This document shows positions 54,271 to 61,494 of a stretch of 64,000 bases of DNA, piece by piece. Source of the stretch: an uncultured Arcobacter sp. (GTDB lineage: Bacteria > Campylobacterota > Campylobacteria > Campylobacterales > Arcobacteraceae). The notes beneath the pieces are model-generated. The model did not search any database. It saw only the letters and a list, made by a program, of their open reading frames with translations, and had not been told where the DNA came from. A program made the translations under genes and the position numbers. Each line of letters opens with the position of its first letter. Within the stretch, counting starts at the first letter, position 1. The stretch covers positions 96,001-160,000 of the forward strand of contig OZ223300.1 of NCBI GenBank assembly GCA_965140705.1, in the 5' to 3' direction.

Positions 54271-55816
54271 TTGTTATTCCATATTTATTGATTTTATAAC
54301 CCATTTGTCTAAGTGTTATTCCTAGCTCTTTTGCAGCATTTGATTGGTTGAAATTATTTGCAATCAAAGCCTCTTTTATAGCCTCTTTTTCCATATCTTC
54401 TAAGCTTTTTTTATGGCTTGCTTGTTTTGAAGAAGCTATTGGTTTATCTTCTAATTTCCCTTTTTCTAGTGCAGGAAGAAGTAGTGACATATCAAAACTA
54501 TCTATGCCATTTTCATTACCCATTAAAACAATTCTTTCCATAGTATTTTCTAGTTCTCTAACATTTCCAGGCCAAGGATAAGCTGCCAATATATCCATAG
54601 CTTCATCTAATATTTTCACCTTTTTTTTATGGTTTTTAATGGCTCTCTCTAAAAAGAAATTAACAAGTTGTTTTATATCATCACCTCTTTCTCTAAGTGG
54701 TGGTAAATCAATTGGAATTACATTTAATCTATAATATAAATCTTCTCTAAATTTTCCCTCTTTTACCATTTGTTCTAAGTTTCTATTTGTAGCTGCAACT
54801 AGTCTAACATTTACTTTTATGGTTTTACTTCCACCTACTCTTTCAAACTCTCGCTCTTGTAGAACTCTTAGAAGTTTTACTTGTGCAGAAGATGAAATAT
54901 CTCCTATCTCATCCAAAAATAAAGTTCCCTTGTCTGCTAATTCAAATCTTCCTTTTCTAGTCTCTCTCGCATCTGTAAAAGCACCTTTCTCATGACCAAA
55001 AAGTTCACTTTCAAGTAAGGTATCAGTAATAGCTGCACAGTTCAATTTAATAAAAGGCTCATTTGCTCTTTTACTTCTTTTATGGATTGCAGCAGCAACT
55101 AGCTCTTTACCAGTTCCTGTCTCTCCTCTTACTAATACAGTAACCTCTGATTGGGCTATTCTTTGTATTACTTGAAAAACTTGTTCCATTTTTGGACTAT
55201 CCCCAATGATATCTCCAAAATTGTGAACCTTTGAGTCCCATTCCATTTTATAATATGATTTCAAATCTTCTAATCTTTCTTTTTCTTTTATGTTTAGTTG
55301 ATAAGAGTAGATAGTTTGTGCAAATATTGAACCAATAATTGTAAGTATTCTTACACAATCTTCAAATCCTATTTCCGTACTTTTAGTAAGAGCAGCACCC
55401 AAAACACCAACAGTTTCATTTTCAACAACTAAAGGAACAGCTACATATGAAAGATTTGAAAAATCTCTTTTCCCTGATTTGTTTAAAAATAGTGAATCAT
55501 TGTGAATATTTTCCACAACAACTGGTTCTTTAGATAAAGCTGCAACTCCAGTTGCTCCTTCACCTACTTTATAAACTGATAGTTTTTTTTGAATAGTTGA
55601 TAGTTCAACTGAAGCAAATACTGTAAGTAAATCATCTTCTAAAATATGAACTGTACAGTTTGTAAGATTTAGACTATTTTTCAAAATCTTTATTGATTTT
55701 TCAAGAGAAGTTTCCAAATCATAATGATTTGATATTACTGCTGAAATTTCATAAAGTGTTGTTAATTCTCTAAGTGTTAAACATGAGTTACAGGCTGTAT
55801 TATCAAATAATGACAT
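54254..55816 (-). CDS. nifA: NifA-like sigma54 activator (GAF-AAA+-HTH)
   Basis: GAF domain (YKVGEGATG), GETGTGKE, ESELFGHEKGAFTDA, LGITLRQMGYKI; adjacent to nifT. Confidence 0.85.
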   Translation of the reverse strand: MSLFDNTACNSCLTLRELTTLYEISAVISNHYDLETSLEKSIKILKNSLNLTNCTVHILEDDLLTVFASVELSTIQKKLSVYKVGEGATGVAALSKEPVVVENIHNDSLFLNKSGKRDFSNLSYVAVPLVVENETVGVLGAALTKSTEIGFEDCVRILTIIGSIFAQTIYSYQLNIKEKERLEDLKSYYKMEWDSKVHNFGDIIGDSPKMEQVFQVIQRIAQSEVTVLVRGETGTGKELVAAAIHKRSKRANEPFIKLNCAAITDTLLESELFGHEKGAFTDARETRKGRFELADKGTLFLDEIGDISSSAQVKLLRVLQEREFERVGGSKTIKVNVRLVAATNRNLEQMVKEGKFREDLYYRLNVIPIDLPPLRERGDDIKQLVNFFLERAIKNHKKKVKILDEAMDILAAYPWPGNVRELENTMERIVLMGNENGIDSFDMSLLLPALEKGKLEDKPIASSKQASHKKSLEDMEKEAIKEALIANNFNQSNAAKELGITLRQMGYKINKYGITNEIQE

Positions 55817-55836
55817 GAAAAATCCTTTTTAATAAT

Positions 55837-55891
55837 AGTATAACATACTGAATACAAATTCATAAATAATTTTGTATATTTTATATACAAA
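55837..55891 (-). promoter_or_regulatory. Extended -10 promoter (TGnTATACT) and upstream perfect palindrome for nifA
   Basis: Minus strand TGTTATACT 55845-55837; TTTGTATAT-TTT-ATATACAAA 55871-55891. Confidence 0.55.
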
Positions 55892-55897
55892 CAGGTT

Positions 55898-56107
55898 TTA
55901 ACTGTTGAGTTTTTTACAAACTTCTTCTTTAGGTAAATTTTTTGGACCTGGTTGTATCCACCATGTTTCACCATTAGAAAGTTCACATTCTCCACCCCAA
56001 TTTTCTTCAGTATCAAACTCTACAGACTCTATAATCTCTTCCATATCTTTTTTTGCAAAATAGAAATATATTTTGCCCTCATTTTCTCTTAACATAACTT
56101 TTGCCAT
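55898..56107 (-). CDS. nifT: Nitrogen fixation protein NifT/FixU
   Basis: KVMLR...YFAKKDMEE...WGG..ELSNG..W signature, 69 aa. Confidence 0.92.
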   Translation of the reverse strand: MAKVMLRENEGKIYFYFAKKDMEEIIESVEFDTEENWGGECELSNGETWWIQPGPKNLPKEEVCKKLNS

Positions 56108-56121
56108 TTTCTTCTCCTTTT

Positions 56122-57771
56122 TTAATTTAATCTATTTATAAATAGATTTCTTATTTTTGTAAGTATTGAATTATCTTCAAATCTTAATCTAAAGTAACCT
56201 TTTTGAACCTCTTTTATTAAGATGTGTTTTTTTAAATTTTCATCTTCAAGTGGATAATCTTCTCTAAAATGAGCACCTCTACTCTCTTTTCTTTTTTGTG
56301 CTGAAAGTATTATAGCTTCTGATATTTCAAGGGCATTTCTTAATTCTAGTATGGAAATTAATTCAACATTATTAGTCTTTTCTTTATTTATACAATGAAG
56401 GGAATATGATTCTCTTCTTAGATATTTTACATAATCAAAGGCTTTAATCAAACTCTCTTCGGAACGTATAATTCCTACTTTTTCAAATAAAACTTTTCCT
56501 AAGGAGATTCTAATTGCATTGAAGTTTTTTGTAGTATCACCTTCAAAAATTTTATCTATATTTTGAATATCTCTTATGACTATATTATAATCAATTGGCA
56601 AATACTCTTTGTAGTGAGTATATTCATAAGCTTTTTTACCCACTAGTTCACCAAATATTGTTCCCTCTAAAAGAGAGTTTCCTCCAAGTCTATTTGCTCC
56701 ATGAACTCCATTTGAAGCCATTTCTCCACAGATAAAAAGTCCTTTTATTGAAGTTTCACCCATATTTGTATCAACTCCACCCATACTATAATGGGCTACA
56801 GGTTTTATTTTTAATAACTCTTTACTAATATCTATTCCCACTTGATTATATGCTGCATTAAATAGTGAGGGAAGTTTTTCTTGAATTTTTTCGTATCCTA
56901 AATGTCTTAAATCAATAAATACCTCTTTCCCCTTTTTTTGCTGTTCAAGTATTGCCTTTGCAATTTTATCTCTAGTTTCTAGTTCGTTAATAAATCTCTC
57001 ACCATCACTATTTATCAAGTATCCACCTTCCCCCCGTGCTGCTTCTGTTACAAGATAATTTGTTTTGGCTATTCCTGTTGGGTGAAATTGCATAAATTCC
57101 ATATCTTTTAAAACTAATCCCGCTCTTAAACAAACAGCTAATAAATCACCCGTATAATCTTGTGCATTGGTAGAGTTTCCTCTAAATATTCCAGCATATC
57201 CACCACCTGCAAGAACTACAGCTTTTGCTGGATATACTAAAACAGAAGTGTCAGATCTTCTTAGACAAACTACCCCAGAAATAGCGTTTTCATGGGTAGC
57301 TAGGTTTAATACATAAGTATTTACCAAAAAAGTTATACCTACTTCTTTTGCTTTTTTTATAAGTGCTTGAGTTATTGCAAACCCAGTTTTATCTCCCACA
57401 TAACAAGTTCTATTTGCTGAACCTCCACCAAAGGGTCTTTGTAAAATATTCCCCTTTTCATCTTTATCAAAATTTACTCCATATTTTTCAAGTTTTGAGA
57501 TTATATTAGAAGCATTTTTACACATATAACTTATGGCATTTATATCTGCTAGACCTTTTGATGATTTGAAAGTATCATCAATATGAGAATTTATTGCATA
57601 AGAATCTTTAGAATTTAAAACTGCATTTATTCCACCACTTGCCATGGCAGAATTTGATTTGAAGATATTTCCTTTTGTGATGAGAGCTACAGTATTATCA
57701 ACTTTTTTTGCTTCTATTGCTGCCATTAGTCCAGCGATACCACCGCCTACTACAACTACATCATAAATCAT
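56122..57771 (-). CDS. SdhA/FrdA/NadB-family flavoprotein
   Basis: GGGIAG, QFHPT, TEAARGEGG, HYSMGG, HGANRLGGNSL, ESRGAHFR. Confidence 0.88.
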   Translation of the reverse strand: MIYDVVVVGGGIAGLMAAIEAKKVDNTVALITKGNIFKSNSAMASGGINAVLNSKDSYAINSHIDDTFKSSKGLADINAISYMCKNASNIISKLEKYGVNFDKDEKGNILQRPFGGGSANRTCYVGDKTGFAITQALIKKAKEVGITFLVNTYVLNLATHENAISGVVCLRRSDTSVLVYPAKAVVLAGGGYAGIFRGNSTNAQDYTGDLLAVCLRAGLVLKDMEFMQFHPTGIAKTNYLVTEAARGEGGYLINSDGERFINELETRDKIAKAILEQQKKGKEVFIDLRHLGYEKIQEKLPSLFNAAYNQVGIDISKELLKIKPVAHYSMGGVDTNMGETSIKGLFICGEMASNGVHGANRLGGNSLLEGTIFGELVGKKAYEYTHYKEYLPIDYNIVIRDIQNIDKIFEGDTTKNFNAIRISLGKVLFEKVGIIRSEESLIKAFDYVKYLRRESYSLHCINKEKTNNVELISILELRNALEISEAIILSAQKRKESRGAHFREDYPLEDENLKKHILIKEVQKGYFRLRFEDNSILTKIRNLFINRLN

Positions 57772-57772
57772 A

Positions 57773-58882
57773 TTATACTCTATACATTAAGTCGTAGTGT
57801 GCTCTTGGAGTTGACTTTATTTGAGATATTTTTAGATTACTTTTTATATGAACAGGTACTTTTGAAGCAAAAAGTGAACTTATAATTCCAGGTGTTGAAC
57901 GTACAAATTGAAGCGCTAATTGAATATCATTTTCTAGAACCATTTTATTATCCAATAAGTAACCAGTTTCAGCTTTAAATGACTTTTTAAATAGATTCAT
58001 TTGAAGTAGTGAAGAACTACTTATAACACCAATTTTTAGTCTATGTGCTGCTTGTAAAAGTGTACATTCCTCACCTTTTACTGTTTGTGTTGGCATTGTA
58101 TATATGTTTGTTTTTGCAATATTAAAAGGAGTTTGAATATATTTAAAATGGTTATCTTCTCCTCCAACTTTAAGTGCAATTTCTACTAAATCTTCTAAGT
58201 TGATATGTTCACCTGTAGATTTATCACTAAATCCATTCCAAACAGCAACCCCATAGTATTTGATGAAGCCCATAGTTACCATTTTTTCAAATCTTCTAAA
58301 TATAGATTCAACTTTTTTTAGGAATTTTTTATATCCATTTTTTTGTATTTGGATTTCTGGATTATGTAAATAGTAAATATCAAATTTATCAATACCCATA
58401 TTTTCCAAAGATTTCTTACATGACCACTCTATAAAATCAGCACTTAAACAGTGTTGATCCAATTCTATATCTTCTTGTGTCGCTAGTTTTGTGTTGATGA
58501 TATTTTCTTCAATCCAAGTATATGGATTTTTTGGAAATGGATATTCTAATTGAATAAAACCACCCTTTGAACAAATAATTAGTTCTTCTCTTGTAACTAT
58601 TTTCTCTTCAAAAAGCTCTTTTAGTGCAATACCAATCTCTTTTTCACTTTGCCCATATCTATAATTACTTGCAGAATCTATTAGATTTATGCCATTTTTA
58701 ACAGCTTCTTTTACACCTTCAATATAATGAAAAACGTAATTCTCTTCTTTATAAGGCTCTTTATTAAAAGTACCAAGGCCAAGTTTTGAAAAAATGAGCT
58801 CATTGCTTTTTATATAAAATTCTTTGTAAGATGAAAATTTTTTTGCAAAATTGTAAGTTGCGTCAAAAGTTGCTTCTGTCAT
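57773..58882 (-). CDS. Aldo/keto reductase family protein
   Basis: LGLGT, IDSASNY, SKGG, DIYYLHNPE. Confidence 0.9.
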   Translation of the reverse strand: MTEATFDATYNFAKKFSSYKEFYIKSNELIFSKLGLGTFNKEPYKEENYVFHYIEGVKEAVKNGINLIDSASNYRYGQSEKEIGIALKELFEEKIVTREELIICSKGGFIQLEYPFPKNPYTWIEENIINTKLATQEDIELDQHCLSADFIEWSCKKSLENMGIDKFDIYYLHNPEIQIQKNGYKKFLKKVESIFRRFEKMVTMGFIKYYGVAVWNGFSDKSTGEHINLEDLVEIALKVGGEDNHFKYIQTPFNIAKTNIYTMPTQTVKGEECTLLQAAHRLKIGVISSSSLLQMNLFKKSFKAETGYLLDNKMVLENDIQLALQFVRSTPGIISSLFASKVPVHIKSNLKISQIKSTPRAHYDLMYRV

Positions 58883-58978
58883 ATATATTTTTCCTTTTCA
58901 ATTCCTTTTAAAAAAAAGAGTAAAACTGGGGGAGTCTTACTCTTTAAAATTTAACTACAAAAGGTTGACTAATATACA

Positions 58979-58994
58979 TGCAAGAAGTGTTCCT
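58979..58994 (-). promoter_or_regulatory. Sigma54 promoter of the AKR-flavoprotein-nifT operon
   Basis: Minus strand AGGAAC-ACTTC-TTGCA. Confidence 0.75.
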
Positions 58995-59073
58995 TTGATA
59001 TTGAGTAAATTATGTAATTAAATGGTTACTGAAATTTAGATATAATTAAGGTAATACATAAAAAAGAGATCAA

Positions 59074-61494
59074 ATGAAGATAGTTATAATAGGTGGAGGA
59101 ATTGCCGCAGTTTACTTAGCAAATAATATTTTAAATATAGATTCATCATGTAATATTACTATGCTTAGTGATGAAAAATATATCCCTTATGATAGGATAC
59201 ATCTTTGTAGACTAATTGGAACTAAAAATGATGTAGAAGATATAAAACTAGAACTAAATAGTGCTGTAACCTTACAACTTAATCAAAGGGTTTCAAATAT
59301 CAATAAAGAGGAAAAAATAGTCTTCTCAAATGATAAAACTTATACCTATGATAAACTTATTATTGCCACAGGTTCAACTCCCCTAACTCTTTTAGATACA
59401 AATATAGATAATGTAGCTGTTTTTCGAAATGTAAATGATTGTAAAAAGATAGAGAAATACTCTAAAACCCATGAAGTAGTACTTGTAGGAAGTGGCCCTA
59501 TTGCCTTAGAACTCCTTGATACTTTAAATAATATAAGTGATGTGAAAAGCATAACTTTACTTTTAAGAAGTAGACATTTATATGATAAATATATATCAAA
59601 TGAAGCTATGCAAATCATGGAAAAAAGCTTTTTAAAAAATGAAAAAGTAAAAATCTCCTATGAAGATGAGATAGTTGATACAGTAATCAGAAATAATAAA
59701 ATTGAACTTCTTAAAACAAAAAAGTTAGAGATAAAAAATCCTTTTATTGTTTTTGGAGTGGGTATAAAAGCAAATGCAAGTTCTTTTGAAAATATTGTAG
59801 ATGTAAATAAAGGAATTCTAGTAAATGAATTCATGCAAACTAGTGATGAAAATATCTATGCAGTTGGTGAATGTGCAGAAGTTATAAAAGATAAATTCTT
59901 AGCAGGTCATGTAAAAGAGTGTACAATCCAAGCAAATGTTGCTATCTCTCATATCTTTCAAAAAGATGTTATGAGTTTTGAGTTAGATGTGGCAGTTGAT
60001 ATGCTTAAGATTGGTGATTTTACTTTGGTTGAAATTTGCTCTTCAGATTTTAATAAAGATTTTGAAAAAGTTGCCATTGAATCAATAGATAAAAAAAGAG
60101 TTGATGAATACTTCTTAAAAGATAATAAACTTATTAGATTTATTGGAATTAATTCAAATATTGATACAGCGTATTTAGAAAAAGTGATAAAACAAAAAGA
60201 AGAGATAGATTTAAACTATTTGTATGAAAATAGAGAATTAAGCCCAAGAGGTAAGTTAGTTTGTGCTTGTAAACATATCTATTATGATGATTTAGTAGAA
60301 CTTGTAACTTCTTGTAAAATAGACTCTTTTGCTACTTTAAAGGAGTTTAGTGAGGCAGGAAGAGTTTGTGGGAGATGTAAAAAAGAGATAGATGATATTA
60401 TTTTGGATACCCAACATTTAATAGATTATGATACTCCTAAAAAAACTCCTGAAGAGATAAGATTAGAAGAAGAGTTAAAAAGAAGTAAAAAAAGAGTAGA
60501 GAAGTTTAAAAAACTACATCCAAAAAATAATATGGATGAAAATAATTTAGAATCGGCACTAAAAATGCTTGATATGGGCAAAAGTGAAATTAATAGTTGG
60601 ATCTCTATGGTAACAGCTAATATGAAATTAAACCCAGCCTTTGAAGATGTTGTAAGTGAGGGAATTAAAAACTTAAATAAGATTCCAATAATTTGGTTGG
60701 AGTTAAGTGATTGTAGCGGGAATAGTGAAGCTTTTATTAAATCTTCTAATCCTGTTTTAGAGGATTTGATTTTTGATTATATCTCTTTGGATTATCATGA
60801 GTTACTTATGAGTGCAAGTGGTGATGAGAGTGAGACTATTTTAGAAGATATTATAAAAAATGACAAAGGTAAATATGTCTTAATAGTCGAAGGCGCTGTT
60901 CCTTTAGGGCTTGATGGAAAATATTTACGAATAGGCAAAAAAGGTGAAACAGGAATTGAACTTTTAGAAAAATGTGCTAAAGATGCAGCCCTTGTATTAG
61001 CTGTTGGTTCATGTGCTTTTGATGGAGGAGTAGTATCTGCATATCCAAATCCTACAGGTGCAGTTGGAGTCGCGGAGGCTTTAAAAAGAGATGATGTGAT
61101 AAATATTACAGGATGTCCAACAAATCCTATAAATATAGTAGGAACATTGCTCTCATATATGATGTTTGAAGAGTTGCCAGCTTTAGATAAATTTAACCGC
61201 CCTTTATGGGCTTATGAACAAAGGGTTCATGATAATTGTGAAAGAAGAGGTCACTATGAACTTGGCGAATTTGTAAAAGAGTGGGGAGATGATGGTGCAA
61301 AAAATGGTTGGTGTCTTTTTGAGATGGGCTGTAAAGGTCCATATGCCAATGTAAATTGCCCCTCTATGAAATTTAACCAAGGAACAAGTTGGCCTGTACA
61401 AGTTGGGCATGGTTGTATGGGTTGTACTGAACTTGGATTTTTTGATAAGTTTGCAAATGAGAGAGTCTATAAAGAAAAAGAGACAGAAAAATGA
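59074..61494 (+). CDS. Fusion of NirB-like FAD/NAD(P)H oxidoreductase, BFD [2Fe-2S] domain and [NiFe]-hydrogenase small subunit
   Basis: GGGIAA, PYDRIHL, IIATGS, GSGPIA, YAVGECA; CAC...CGRC; DCSGNSE, GSCA, GCP, HDNC, WCLFEMGCKGP, GHGCMGC in one uninterrupted ORF. Confidence 0.9.
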   Translation: MKIVIIGGGIAAVYLANNILNIDSSCNITMLSDEKYIPYDRIHLCRLIGTKNDVEDIKLELNSAVTLQLNQRVSNINKEEKIVFSNDKTYTYDKLIIATGSTPLTLLDTNIDNVAVFRNVNDCKKIEKYSKTHEVVLVGSGPIALELLDTLNNISDVKSITLLLRSRHLYDKYISNEAMQIMEKSFLKNEKVKISYEDEIVDTVIRNNKIELLKTKKLEIKNPFIVFGVGIKANASSFENIVDVNKGILVNEFMQTSDENIYAVGECAEVIKDKFLAGHVKECTIQANVAISHIFQKDVMSFELDVAVDMLKIGDFTLVEICSSDFNKDFEKVAIESIDKKRVDEYFLKDNKLIRFIGINSNIDTAYLEKVIKQKEEIDLNYLYENRELSPRGKLVCACKHIYYDDLVELVTSCKIDSFATLKEFSEAGRVCGRCKKEIDDIILDTQHLIDYDTPKKTPEEIRLEEELKRSKKRVEKFKKLHPKNNMDENNLESALKMLDMGKSEINSWISMVTANMKLNPAFEDVVSEGIKNLNKIPIIWLELSDCSGNSEAFIKSSNPVLEDLIFDYISLDYHELLMSASGDESETILEDIIKNDKGKYVLIVEGAVPLGLDGKYLRIGKKGETGIELLEKCAKDAALVLAVGSCAFDGGVVSAYPNPTGAVGVAEALKRDDVINITGCPTNPINIVGTLLSYMMFEELPALDKFNRPLWAYEQRVHDNCERRGHYELGEFVKEWGDDGAKNGWCLFEMGCKGPYANVNCPSMKFNQGTSWPVQVGHGCMGCTELGFFDKFANERVYKEKETEK

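Noticed and set aside
55777..56016. 79-aa ORF overlapping nifT and nifA
   Set aside because: Alternative frame over two well-supported genes, with no motifs
59074..60400. Assimilatory nitrite reductase nirB
   Set aside because: No siroheme/[4Fe-4S] domain; the frame continues directly into a hydrogenase small subunit
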